A stretch of 64,000 nt of DNA from Escherichia phage vB_EcoS_MM-1. The number at the start of each line of letters is the position of its first letter. Within the stretch, counting starts at the first letter, position 1. A model generated the notes under the pieces. It saw only the letters and a program-made list of their open reading frames with translations. It was not told where the DNA came from and did not search any database. Where the stretch lies: sequence record PV577657. One strand, written 5' to 3'. This document shows, one piece after another, positions 34,892 through 44,922 of this stretch. The translations under genes and the position numbers were made by a program.

Positions 34892-36364
34892 ATGACCTTG
34901 TTTAACGTGCAAGCTGTAGTGTTGAAGATGCTTCTAGCTTCTGAACAGAAGCAAATAGCATTGGAAACATTCTCAAAACTGCATAAAGATCATTTTAATG
35001 ACGCTTTCTCCTCAATTTACCAAGCCGTCCAGAATTATTATAAAAAATATAACACAATGCCGTCCATTGACGCACTGATGCTTGAGGCTAATAGGAACGC
35101 CCGCCTTTCTCAAGCTCTAGTCGTTTTAGCTAACACTCAAATTCCAGAAGTGAGCATGGAACAGGCACTTGAAGTCCTAGAGGCCGAATATACACAGGAT
35201 TTATTCCTAAAGCTTCTAGAAACAGACGTGCTTCAAGATTTAACAATGCTGGATCAGGGAGAAATTCTCAACCGAGTTGCCTCCCTTCACTTAAAATTAG
35301 AAGAGAAAGTAACGAATACTGGAAAAGTATTCAACGCAGATAACATGCGTATTTTCCAGAGAGAAGAAGATACCAAACTGAACCTAATCGCTCTTGGTAT
35401 TTGTAATGAGTTCGACGCTCAAATTGGTTTAGCTCGCACAGAAACGTTACTGCTTGGTGGTTGGCGTGGTACTGGTAAATCCATTATCTGTTCAAACATA
35501 CAGGTTCAGCAATATTTGAATGGAGATATTGCTCCATACTTCTCAATTGAGATGAAAGAACATGAAGTATTTAGACGTAATCTAGCCATGCTAGCTGGTG
35601 TATCAGCACTAGCAATGCGTAATAATACTCTAGAAGGTGCAGCTCTGTTGAGACTAGCCAGAACTAGAGCTAGGATGTTCAACGGTGGTGAAGAGCTTTT
35701 CGATAACTTCGTTAAACAGTATACAATGGCTAAGATGAGTGATTTCTACGATATGGAGAGTAAGCTAATAGAAGGGTATGAGCTACATACTCCTATGATT
35801 ATTGTTTATGACCCTGAGTTGTCTATTACAACAGTTGACGTAGAATTAAATAAATTAGTTGCTAGATATGGTGATAAAGTTACAGTAGCTCTACTTGACT
35901 ATATTAACCAAACCCGACTTCCAGACTCTAAAACCATTGATATGTATGACTGGAAAGAACAGATGGTTGTTAGCTCGTCTTTCAAATCTATCTGCCAGAA
36001 ACATAACGTGGCTGGCGTAGCTCCTTACCAGATCGATCAAGACGGTAGAACACGTATGTCAAAGGGGATTCTTGATTCCGCAGACATGGCTGCTAATCTT
36101 AATGCTGCAAAAGCTGATAATGGTCAAGGTGCTATTATGTTTGACTTCGTTAAGACTCGTTCTTCTGATAGCGTGAAGTTTATGCCTAAAATGAACTGGG
36201 AAACTCTGCGAATGGATAACACTACCAACCTAGCAATGGAAGATATATCTCAAATGGAAGCTGAGTTCGTTATCCCTATTGAGAAGGATAAGCCGGCTCA
36301 ACCTAAACGTGCTAAGAAAGACAAAGCTGAAAATTCAACAGGTGAACAGGCCAGCGATATATGA
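34892..36364 (+). CDS. replicative helicase (DnaB/RecA-fold ATPase-like)
   Basis: Walker A GGWRGTGKS; start at MTLFNV after AAAGGAG (ORF-track 34841 overlaps terminator). Confidence 0.65.
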   Translation: MTLFNVQAVVLKMLLASEQKQIALETFSKLHKDHFNDAFSSIYQAVQNYYKKYNTMPSIDALMLEANRNARLSQALVVLANTQIPEVSMEQALEVLEAEYTQDLFLKLLETDVLQDLTMLDQGEILNRVASLHLKLEEKVTNTGKVFNADNMRIFQREEDTKLNLIALGICNEFDAQIGLARTETLLLGGWRGTGKSIICSNIQVQQYLNGDIAPYFSIEMKEHEVFRRNLAMLAGVSALAMRNNTLEGAALLRLARTRARMFNGGEELFDNFVKQYTMAKMSDFYDMESKLIEGYELHTPMIIVYDPELSITTVDVELNKLVARYGDKVTVALLDYINQTRLPDSKTIDMYDWKEQMVVSSSFKSICQKHNVAGVAPYQIDQDGRTRMSKGILDSADMAANLNAAKADNGQGAIMFDFVKTRSSDSVKFMPKMNWETLRMDNTTNLAMEDISQMEAEFVIPIEKDKPAQPKRAKKDKAENSTGEQASDI

Positions 36365-36894
36365 TAACACAGGAAAGGCTAAAAGAGTTATTTGATTACT
36401 CCCCAGGAACTGGGGAGTTTACTAGAAAAGTATCTAGAGGTAATCAGAAAGCTGGTAGTATAGCTGGTTCTTTAAGAAAAGATGATTATATATGTATATG
36501 GGTAGATGGAAAGCCTTACTATGCGCATCAACTAGCTTTTCTCTATATGGAAGGTTATTTACCTGAAGAAGTAGACCATATAAACCGTATACGAAGTGAT
36601 AATCGTTGGGTTAACCTTAAAGATTCTTCTCACCAAGAGAATAGCAGGAATAAAGCAGCTAAAAGTAAATCAGGGTATATAGGAGTTAGTTGGAATAAAC
36701 AAAGGCAAAAATGGCAAGTTCAACTAAGAGATACCAATAAAAAGAAAATATTCGGTGGATATTTTGAGTACCAGAATTTAGAATCAGCAGTAGATAAGAT
36801 TAATAATCTACGATTACAATTTCATGGGGAAAATGCTATTCAAGAAATATTCGACCCGTCTAATTATCCTGCATTAGAGGAGATAAATTCATGA
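36361..36894 (+). CDS. HNH homing endonuclease
   Basis: VDHINRIRSDNRWVNL HNH motif; overlaps helicase stop and primase start. Confidence 0.8.
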   Translation: MITQERLKELFDYSPGTGEFTRKVSRGNQKAGSIAGSLRKDDYICIWVDGKPYYAHQLAFLYMEGYLPEEVDHINRIRSDNRWVNLKDSSHQENSRNKAAKSKSGYIGVSWNKQRQKWQVQLRDTNKKKIFGGYFEYQNLESAVDKINNLRLQFHGENAIQEIFDPSNYPALEEINS

Positions 36895-37781
36895 GTAGAA
36901 TAACAGAATTACTTGATCTTAAGGGAATTGAGTATAAAGATACTGGTGGAGATATTTTAATCTGTTGCTTAAATCCATATCATGATGATAAACACCCAAG
37001 TTTGCGTATTGATCCTGAAACCGGGATTATGCACTGCTTGAGTTGCGGTTTTGGCAAAGGTATACCTAGTATTTATCATTATTTTAATGAGACTCAATAT
37101 AGACAATCTCCAAGACTATCCCAAGTACGTAAAAAGATTTCAGAGATTAGAAATGGATCTACGAATCTTGCAATCCCAGAATCTGCCTGCCTTTTCGAAG
37201 GTGATTTCCGAGGTATAAGTTCTAAGACCTTGAAGAAATATTTTGCTTTCCAACACCAAGAGAACTGGGAAGGCAGAATTGTATTCCCAATCACAGATGC
37301 TGTTGGACGCAATATCCTATTTTTGGGTCGTTCTATAAACAGTTCTGCCCCTCCTAAATACTTAGTAAAACCAAAACAGGTTTCACCACCAATTTTCCCT
37401 GTACGATATAATACTCCAGTTCTTATTCTAGTTGAAGGTATCTTTGATATGCTGAACCTAGAGGATAGTGGTATAGACTATGCTTCTTGCTGCTTTGGTA
37501 CACATCAGTTTACTTCAGACAACATTGCAGATAAGTTCAGTCCGTACATTATTGCTGGTGTTAAAGTTGTTGTTATCTTACTAGATAATGATGCTTCTGG
37601 TAATAAAGCTGCACAAGCACTGGCCAAGCTAATTCGTACAAAAACGCGTTTAACACCTGTAGTTGCTAACTTTCTTCTGCCTGAAGGTAAAGACCCAGGT
37701 GACTTAAATAAAGAAGAAATTGATATGTTAGCAAAACGTATTGAAATTTTAGTTGCTGAATCGCTTAAAGATTTGGTATAA
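36891..37781 (+). CDS. DnaG-type DNA primase (CHC2 Zn finger + Toprim)
   Basis: C-x2-H...C-x2-C zinc finger; Toprim EGIFD and LLDNDASG. Confidence 0.85.
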   Translation: MSRITELLDLKGIEYKDTGGDILICCLNPYHDDKHPSLRIDPETGIMHCLSCGFGKGIPSIYHYFNETQYRQSPRLSQVRKKISEIRNGSTNLAIPESACLFEGDFRGISSKTLKKYFAFQHQENWEGRIVFPITDAVGRNILFLGRSINSSAPPKYLVKPKQVSPPIFPVRYNTPVLILVEGIFDMLNLEDSGIDYASCCFGTHQFTSDNIADKFSPYIIAGVKVVVILLDNDASGNKAAQALAKLIRTKTRLTPVVANFLLPEGKDPGDLNKEEIDMLAKRIEILVAESLKDLV

Positions 37782-37807
37782 TAGTCCTAAATAACTGAGG
37801 AGTTACT

Positions 37808-38137
37808 ATGGAATATGTATATATTTATGCGGATGTTCCAGTGTATGATAGTATAACACACAAAGAGGTTAAACTAGAGCGGTTTACAACACTGGAGTCC
37901 CTTAACAAACGAAAGAATTTCCATTTATTTGGTGATCCTAAATTACCTGCATCTTATATTTACTTTAAAGTAAAAGATACAGGTCAAGAGGTATACCTAA
38001 CATATGATTGGGCTGTTGTAGAAAATACTGAGCAATCTATGAAAGCGCTAGATGCTTTTCTGCGCATAGATGAAGAATTTCGGGTACTAGAAAAGCAGCG
38101 CAATGAAATGCGTAAATTACTTCACACATATAAATAG
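37808..38137 (+). CDS. hypothetical protein
   Basis: 109-aa ORF. Confidence 0.6.
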   Translation: MEYVYIYADVPVYDSITHKEVKLERFTTLESLNKRKNFHLFGDPKLPASYIYFKVKDTGQEVYLTYDWAVVENTEQSMKALDAFLRIDEEFRVLEKQRNEMRKLLHTYK

Positions 38138-38140
38138 TAT

Positions 38141-38200
38141 TTGCTATTATCCCAATATTTTGATATAATATATTGGTAAGTTAGAGAAGAAACACTGAAG
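38141..38200 (+). promoter_or_regulatory. T5-type promoter upstream of DNA polymerase
   Basis: TTGCTA -17- TATAAT. Confidence 0.6.
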
Positions 38201-38230
38201 TTATACTTACTTACCAAGAGGAGATTAAAT

Positions 38231-40798
38231 TTGAAAATCGCAGTAGTTGATAAAGCTCTAAATAACACTCGTTACGATAAACATTTCCAGCTATATGGCG
38301 AGGAAGTTGATGTATTTCATATGTGTAACGAGAAGTTATCTGGTCGTTTGCTTAAAAAGCACATTACTATTGGAACACCAGAAAACCCATTTGATCCGAA
38401 TGATTACGATTTTGTTATACTAGTAGGTGCTGAACCTTTCCTGTATTTCGCAGGTAAGAAAGGCATTGGTGACTATACTGGTAAACGTGTAGAGTATAAT
38501 GGATATGCTAACTGGATTGCGAGTATCAGCCCAGCCCAGTTACACTTTAAACCTGAAATGAAACCAGTTTTCGATGCAACAGTAGAAAATATCCACGATA
38601 TTATCAATGGTCGTGAGAAGGTTGCAAAAGCTGGTGATTACCGTCCTATTACTGACCCTGACGAGGCGGAAGAATATATCAAGATGGTGTATAATATGGT
38701 TATCGGACCTGTCGCATTCGACTCCGAAACCTCAGCACTATACTGTCGAGATGGTTATCTGCTTGGTGTTTCTATGTCTCACCAAGAGTATCAGGGTGTA
38801 TATATCGATTCTGATTGTCTCACCGAGGTTGCAGTATATTATCTCCAGAAAATTCTGGATAGTGAAAACCACACTATTGTTTTTCACAACCTGAAGTTTG
38901 ATATGCACTTTTATAAGTACCATCTGGGACTTACTTTTGATAAAGCGCATAAAGAACGCAGGCTCCATGATACTATGTTGCAGCATTATGTTCTAGATGA
39001 ACGTCGTGGTACTCATGGCTTGAAATCTCTAGCAATGAAGTATACCGATATGGGTGACTATGACTTCGAACTAGATAAGTTCAAAGAGGATTACTGCAAA
39101 GCACATAAAATCAAGAAAGAAGATTTCACCTATGATTTAATTCCGTTTGATATTATGTGGCCTTACGCTGCGAAAGATACCGATGCTACCATACGTTTGC
39201 ACAACTTCTTCTTACCAAAAATTGAGAAGAATGAAAAACTTTGTAGTCTGTATTATGATGTCCTAATGCCTGGTTGTGTATTTCTCCAGCGTGTTGAGGA
39301 TCGTGGTGTACCTATTTCTATTGATCGTTTAAAAGAAGCTCAGTACCAGTTAACCCATAATCTGAATAAAGCTCGTGAAAAACTGTATACTTATCCAGAA
39401 GTCGTTCAGCTAGAGAAAGATCAGAACGAAGCGTTTAACCCAAACTCTGTTAAACAACTCCGTGTTCTTCTGTTTGATTATGTTGGCTTAACTCCAACAG
39501 GTAAATTGACGGATACTGGAGCAGATTCTACAGATGCAGAAGCTCTGAACGAATTGTCTACGCAGCATCCAATTGCTAAGACTCTACTAGAGATTCGTAA
39601 GCTAACTAAGCTGATCTCTACTTATGTTGAGAAGATTCTTCTGAGTATTGATGCAGATGGTTGCATTCGTACTGGTTTCCACGAACATATGACTACTTCT
39701 GGTCGTCTGAGTTCTTCCGGTAAACTGAACTTGCAACAGTTACCTCGTGATGAATCTATTATCAAGGGTTGTGTAGTAGCTCCTCCTGGGTATCGTGTAA
39801 TCGCATGGGACTTAACAACTGCGGAAGTTTATTATGCTGCTGTTCTATCTGGTGATAGAAATATGCAACAAGTATTTATCAACATGAGAAATGAACCAGA
39901 TAAATACCCCGACTTCCACTCTAACATCGCACACATGGTATTTAAGCTCCAATGCGAGCCTCGTGATGTTAAAAAGTTATTCCCAGCTCTGCGTCAAGCA
40001 GCTAAAGCAATCACCTTTGGTATTCTGTATGGTTCTGGCCCAGCTAAAGTAGCTCATTCTGTTAACGAAGCTCTTCTGGAACAGGCTGCTAAGACAGGCG
40101 AACCGTTTGTAGAGTGTACGGTTGCAGATGCTAAAGAGTATATAGAAACTTACTTCGGTCAGTTCCCGCAGCTTAAGCGTTGGATTGATAAGTGCCATGA
40201 TCAGATCAAGAATCATGGATTTATCTATAGTCACTTTGGTCGTAAACGTCGTCTGCATAATATCCACTCCGAAGACCGTGGTGTTCAAGGTGAAGAAATC
40301 CGTTCTGGATTTAACGCAATCATTCAGTCTGCTTCTTCTGATAGTCTCCTTTTAGGTGCTGTAGATGCAGATAATGAGATCATTTCTCTTGGCCTAGAAC
40401 AAGAGATGAAGATTGTTATGCTGGTTCACGACTCCGTAGTTGCTATTGTTCGTGAGGATTTGATCGACCAATACAATGAAATCCTAATTCGTAATATTCA
40501 GAAAGACCGCGGTATTAGTATTCCTGGCTGTCCGATTGGTATTGATTCAGATTCTGAAGCTGGAGGTTCTCGCGACTACTCTTGTGGTAAGATGAAGAAA
40601 CAGCACCCATCAATCGCTTGTATTGATGATGATGAATATACTCGTTATGTCAAGGGTGTATTACTTGATGCAGAATTCGAGTATAAGAAACTAGCTGCAA
40701 TGGATAAAGAGCATCCAGATCATAGCAAATACAAGGATGATAAGTTTATTGCTGTATGTAAAGATTTGGATAACGTGAGAAGGATTCTCGGTGCTTGA
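38231..40798 (+). CDS. family A DNA polymerase with 3'-5' exonuclease domain
   Basis: TTG start after AAGAGGAGA; exo and Pol A motifs; 855 aa, matching my recollection of T5 DNA polymerase. Confidence 0.9.
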   Translation: MKIAVVDKALNNTRYDKHFQLYGEEVDVFHMCNEKLSGRLLKKHITIGTPENPFDPNDYDFVILVGAEPFLYFAGKKGIGDYTGKRVEYNGYANWIASISPAQLHFKPEMKPVFDATVENIHDIINGREKVAKAGDYRPITDPDEAEEYIKMVYNMVIGPVAFDSETSALYCRDGYLLGVSMSHQEYQGVYIDSDCLTEVAVYYLQKILDSENHTIVFHNLKFDMHFYKYHLGLTFDKAHKERRLHDTMLQHYVLDERRGTHGLKSLAMKYTDMGDYDFELDKFKEDYCKAHKIKKEDFTYDLIPFDIMWPYAAKDTDATIRLHNFFLPKIEKNEKLCSLYYDVLMPGCVFLQRVEDRGVPISIDRLKEAQYQLTHNLNKAREKLYTYPEVVQLEKDQNEAFNPNSVKQLRVLLFDYVGLTPTGKLTDTGADSTDAEALNELSTQHPIAKTLLEIRKLTKLISTYVEKILLSIDADGCIRTGFHEHMTTSGRLSSSGKLNLQQLPRDESIIKGCVVAPPGYRVIAWDLTTAEVYYAAVLSGDRNMQQVFINMRNEPDKYPDFHSNIAHMVFKLQCEPRDVKKLFPALRQAAKAITFGILYGSGPAKVAHSVNEALLEQAAKTGEPFVECTVADAKEYIETYFGQFPQLKRWIDKCHDQIKNHGFIYSHFGRKRRLHNIHSEDRGVQGEEIRSGFNAIIQSASSDSLLLGAVDADNEIISLGLEQEMKIVMLVHDSVVAIVREDLIDQYNEILIRNIQKDRGISIPGCPIGIDSDSEAGGSRDYSCGKMKKQHPSIACIDDDEYTRYVKGVLLDAEFEYKKLAAMDKEHPDHSKYKDDKFIAVCKDLDNVRRILGA

Positions 40799-41288
40799 TT
40801 TCAAATTGCCCGTATATGCTTTACGGGCTTTTGTATCAATTGAGCAAGAAGGTGATTATTCCGTAATTACAACAAGATATAATAAATATGTACTAGATAA
40901 CAGGAAGTTGCCTGGCACTTTTTCTCAACGTAGGCTTATTCTATTTGAGAAACGGAAAGAATTACCATATAAGCTCTATCCTATTAGGGGCAGAATATCC
41001 ATGTTGTCTCAATTAGTTGGGTCAAAGCGTAGCCAATTTATAGATTCTGATGGAAATCTTATTAACTGGAAGAAAACTACGTTTTATGATGTTGTCACCT
41101 CTAAAGTTTTGCATTCAGCTAGAATTTACAACGGAAAATACCAATGCTATGTAGCTAAAGTTCCATATCCATTTGTATTATCCTATGTTCCAGCTTATAT
41201 AAGCTATATTCTGGTAAATAATAGCCCTGTTATTTACCAAGTCCATCAAGAGGAGCCTGAAATTCCTAGACTTAGAATAAAATTATGA
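40791..41288 (+). CDS. hypothetical protein
   Basis: 165-aa ORF between polymerase and helicase. Confidence 0.65.
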   Translation: MLDFKLPVYALRAFVSIEQEGDYSVITTRYNKYVLDNRKLPGTFSQRRLILFEKRKELPYKLYPIRGRISMLSQLVGSKRSQFIDSDGNLINWKKTTFYDVVTSKVLHSARIYNGKYQCYVAKVPYPFVLSYVPAYISYILVNNSPVIYQVHQEEPEIPRLRIKL

Positions 41289-42637
41289 AGGTTGTTATAT
41301 CTAATAAAGCCTATTTCAAGCCCGATGATGAACTTTGGGATTATTGTAGTAAACAAACCACTTATCACATTGAGACAATGACTAGTAAATACCCTATTAT
41401 GTATAAGAATAGTGGTGTTGTTGCCAAAGAGATTAAGTGGATTCCTATCACGCGTCTGGATTTACTAGATGCTAAAGGAGTAAAATACGAATTAGTCGAT
41501 AAACGCACATTAGCTCCAGTAGATATACCAAGACCTAAGTTCAAGCTGCGTGAAGAAGACCAGCTCCCAATATATGAAGAGTGCGATGATACCTGTATTA
41601 TTAATGGTAAGCCTGGATTTGGCAAAACTATCCTAGCCCTGGCACTTGCGTATAAATTTGGCCAGAAAACTTTGGTAATTTGTACCAACACATCTATTCG
41701 TGAAATGTGGGCGGCAGAAGTTCGTAAATGGTTTGGGTTTGAACCAGGTATCATAGGTTCTGGAAAATACAATATTGATCCACCAATTGTGGTCAGTAAT
41801 ATTCAAACAGTGAATAAACATGCGAATAATCTTTCTAAAGTATTCGGTACTGTTATAGTTGATGAAGTTCACCATTGTGTGGCTACAACTTTCACTAACT
41901 TCCTAGAAATATCATGTGCTCGCTATAAGATTGGGCTATCTGGAACATTAAAACGTAAAGATGGTCTACAAGTTATGTTCAAAGATTTCTTTGGATATAA
42001 GATCTTTAGCCCACCGGTTAATAATACTGTTGCACCTACAATCCATAGGTATTCCGTACCTGTTGAGTTATCAGGAAATCAGAATGTGCCATGGGCATTA
42101 CGTGCTAACGATGTATACAACCATCCTGAGTATCGAGAGACTATTATAAATCTAGCACATTTATACGTGAATATGGGACATAAAGTACTCATTGTAAGTG
42201 ATAGAACAGAGCTAATCCAAACAGTACTAGAAGCTCTTACACAACGTGGTGTTACAACGTATGAAATTATAGGGGCAACCCACTTGGATGACCGATTAAA
42301 AATTCAGGAAGATATAGCAAAAGGTGGACCTTGTGTACTTGCAGCCGCTCAAAGTATCTTCTCTGAAGGTATTTCTCTTAATGAGTTGTCTTGTTTAATA
42401 ATGGGAAGTCTTATTAATAATGAGTCTCTCATTGAACAGCTTGCAGGTCGTGTTCAACGTATTGTTGATGGTAAACTCGACCCGATTGTTGTAGATCTAA
42501 TTATGAAAGGTGGCACTGGGCTAAGGCAGGCTTCTGGACGTATGGCAGTATATCGTAACAACGGGTGGAAAACTATTACTATGACTCCAGAGAAAGCAGT
42601 TCAATTAGCTAAAATTGCATTTGGCAACAGCTCATAA
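41285..42637 (+). CDS. SF2 DEAD/DEAH-box helicase
   Basis: Walker A GKPGFGKT, DExH box VIVDEVHH. Confidence 0.85.
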   Translation: MKVVISNKAYFKPDDELWDYCSKQTTYHIETMTSKYPIMYKNSGVVAKEIKWIPITRLDLLDAKGVKYELVDKRTLAPVDIPRPKFKLREEDQLPIYEECDDTCIINGKPGFGKTILALALAYKFGQKTLVICTNTSIREMWAAEVRKWFGFEPGIIGSGKYNIDPPIVVSNIQTVNKHANNLSKVFGTVIVDEVHHCVATTFTNFLEISCARYKIGLSGTLKRKDGLQVMFKDFFGYKIFSPPVNNTVAPTIHRYSVPVELSGNQNVPWALRANDVYNHPEYRETIINLAHLYVNMGHKVLIVSDRTELIQTVLEALTQRGVTTYEIIGATHLDDRLKIQEDIAKGGPCVLAAAQSIFSEGISLNELSCLIMGSLINNESLIEQLAGRVQRIVDGKLDPIVVDLIMKGGTGLRQASGRMAVYRNNGWKTITMTPEKAVQLAKIAFGNSS

Positions 42638-42660
42638 ATGATGTATAATATATACATAAA
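42621..42660 (+). promoter_or_regulatory. T5-type promoter (first of tandem pair)
   Basis: TTGGCA -17- TATAAT then ATATACATAAATTTGAGAGAG. Confidence 0.55.
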
Positions 42661-42720
42661 TTTGAGAGAGAAAGTTTCGGATTGATAAGAAAGTCCGAAG
42701 CAGAAAAATAAAAATTTTAG

Positions 42721-42770
42721 TTGCTAAATTCTCTCGAAATCTAGTATAATATATACATAAATTCGAGGAG
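42721..42770 (+). promoter_or_regulatory. T5-type promoter (second of tandem pair)
   Basis: TTGCTA -18- TATAAT then ATATACATAAATTCGAGGAG. Confidence 0.55.
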
Positions 42771-42857
42771 AAAACAAAAATTAAATTCTTCGATTATGAA
42801 AAGCTATACTTACTAGCTAGAGGAAATTCCGACCTAATTATTAAGTTATTCAAAAGA

Positions 42858-43142
42858 ATGCTTACAGAGCCTGATGCTCACCAATTGTTGGTCGGTTCCT
42901 CATTCATTTTGAATGAATCAACTATTGTTGATAATCCAAATAAATTGTCTAATAGACAACTGGCAGAATATCTAGGAATTTTAAGTCTACGAAATTATGC
43001 CGAATACAAGTTTACAAACGATCCTAGTTTGGACATGCAATATGTTCCAGTATGGATACCACGTTTAGTAATCGACACTAACCCATTAATCGCAATTAAC
43101 AAATCAAAATTAATCTTTAAAGAGGAAATAAAATATGGCTAA
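42858..43142 (+). CDS. hypothetical protein
   Basis: 94-aa ORF. Confidence 0.55.
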   Translation: MLTEPDAHQLLVGSSFILNESTIVDNPNKLSNRQLAEYLGILSLRNYAEYKFTNDPSLDMQYVPVWIPRLVIDTNPLIAINKSKLIFKEEIKYG

Positions 43143-43908
43143 GTCTTGGGGCGAAACTACTGGCGGTTCTAACGATAAAATCGAATTCCTGAAGTTCAAC
43201 AACGGTATCACTCGTGTTCGTATCGTTTCTGGTGTTCTTCCACGTTATGTCTATTGGCTGACTAATAAAGAGGGTAACGTAGCTCCTTTCGAATGTCTCC
43301 GTTTTAATCGTGACAAAGAGAGCTTCGTTCGCGGTAAAGCTGATCCGGTTCATGAGATGGGCTTCTTCGAGAAAGAGCTGGATAAAGATGGTAATCGTGT
43401 TCCGCTGAAACCGAAGAAAAACTATATCGCTTTTGTTATCGATCGCTCTGATAACAAACTGAAAGTAATGGAAGTCAAGGCTACTATTCTGAAAGGCATC
43501 CAGTCTATCATGAAGCAGTTGAGTCTGGCAACTCCGTTTGATATTGATATTTCTATCGAGAAAAAAGGTAAAGGTTTCGATACTGAGTATGATGTACAGC
43601 AGATTGCTGCTATGCAGTTCCAGATTAAGCTGCAAGATCCTAACAGTGCAGAATCTAAGCAATATGCTGCAGATGTAGATCTGATCGGTGAAGCTATGTG
43701 TGATGAAGATGGCGACATCATTAAGTTCGAAAAAGTTCCTTCTCTGGAACAAACCTATCCGGTTCCTACCTATGAAGAGCAGAAAGAAGCAATTCTAGCC
43801 TTCATGGAGGGTCGTGAGAATAAAGATGATGATGCCAAATCTGGTAATAGCAATGCAGGCTCCCAGAAAGGTATTGACACAGAAGCTGCAAGCGATCTGG
43901 ACGACTAA
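43135..43908 (+). CDS. abundant early protein, possible ssDNA/DNA-binding
   Basis: 257 aa, host-optimal codons, acidic C-terminal tail (SSB-like feature). Confidence 0.6.
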   Translation: MAKSWGETTGGSNDKIEFLKFNNGITRVRIVSGVLPRYVYWLTNKEGNVAPFECLRFNRDKESFVRGKADPVHEMGFFEKELDKDGNRVPLKPKKNYIAFVIDRSDNKLKVMEVKATILKGIQSIMKQLSLATPFDIDISIEKKGKGFDTEYDVQQIAAMQFQIKLQDPNSAESKQYAADVDLIGEAMCDEDGDIIKFEKVPSLEQTYPVPTYEEQKEAILAFMEGRENKDDDAKSGNSNAGSQKGIDTEAASDLDD

Positions 43909-43915
43909 TAAATAG

Positions 43916-43942
43916 AGGGGCTTCGGCCCCTTTCTTTTTAAC
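43916..43942 (+). terminator. rho-independent terminator
   Basis: AGGGGC-TTCG-GCCCCT + TTCTTTTT. Confidence 0.75.
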
Positions 43943-43944
43943 CA

Positions 43945-44922
43945 ATGAGAATATTATTTAGTGCTGATCATCATATCAAACTAGGACAAGATAAAGTTCC
44001 AAAGGAATGGCAGAAGCGTCGCTTCCTGATGCTAGGAGAACGGTTAAATGATATATTCCATAATCATAACTGTGATCTTCATATTGCTGGTGGTGATATA
44101 CTTGATGTTGCCGACCCGTCATCAGAAGAAGTAGAACTGCTTGAACAGTTCATGTCAAGACTTGACCATCCAGGCAAAATCTTTACTGGAAATCATGAAA
44201 TGTTAACGAAAACCATTTCATGCCTATATCATTATGCAGGAGTTATTAATAAAGTAACGAGTGGTAAGTGGGAAGTAATTACCAAACCATATCGTTCCCC
44301 TGAATTTGATATTGTTCCGTATGACGAAATCCATAAATCTAAGTGGAAACCATCTGAATCAAAACTATGTTTCACGCATGTTCGCGGTGAAATCCCTCCG
44401 CATGTAAAACCAGAAATTAATCTAACTAAGTACAACTGTTATGATACTGTAATTGCTGGTGATTTACATTCTTATACTAATAGCCAGACTATCGGGTCTA
44501 CTAGACTCCTCTACCCAGGGTCTCCATTAACTACATCGTTCCATAGAGAACGCACAAAAGGTACAAATGGTTGCTTTATAGTTGATACCGACACATTAAA
44601 AGTAGAATGGATTGAACTCGGTGATTTACCACAACTGATTCGTAAAACAATCGGAGCTGGTGAAGAGATGGAACCTAGTGATTATGATCGTGTAGTCTAT
44701 GAAGTTACTGGTGACGTTGTTCAATTAAAGTCTATCAAAGACTCTGATTTATTAGATAAGAAGATTAACCATCGAGTTACTAAAGACGCTAAGTTAAATC
44801 TTGTTGATCTTGATATGTTAGGCGAACTTGAACTTTACTTCCGTGAAGTTGAGAAGCTATCTCAAGGTGACATTGATAGAATCTTGGCTAGAGCTGCGAA
44901 ATATGTCAAAGATTACAATTAA
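43945..44922 (+). CDS. SbcD/Mre11-like nuclease
   Basis: Calcineurin-like phosphoesterase motifs DHH and GNHE; 325 aa. Confidence 0.8.
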   Translation: MRILFSADHHIKLGQDKVPKEWQKRRFLMLGERLNDIFHNHNCDLHIAGGDILDVADPSSEEVELLEQFMSRLDHPGKIFTGNHEMLTKTISCLYHYAGVINKVTSGKWEVITKPYRSPEFDIVPYDEIHKSKWKPSESKLCFTHVRGEIPPHVKPEINLTKYNCYDTVIAGDLHSYTNSQTIGSTRLLYPGSPLTTSFHRERTKGTNGCFIVDTDTLKVEWIELGDLPQLIRKTIGAGEEMEPSDYDRVVYEVTGDVVQLKSIKDSDLLDKKINHRVTKDAKLNLVDLDMLGELELYFREVEKLSQGDIDRILARAAKYVKDYN

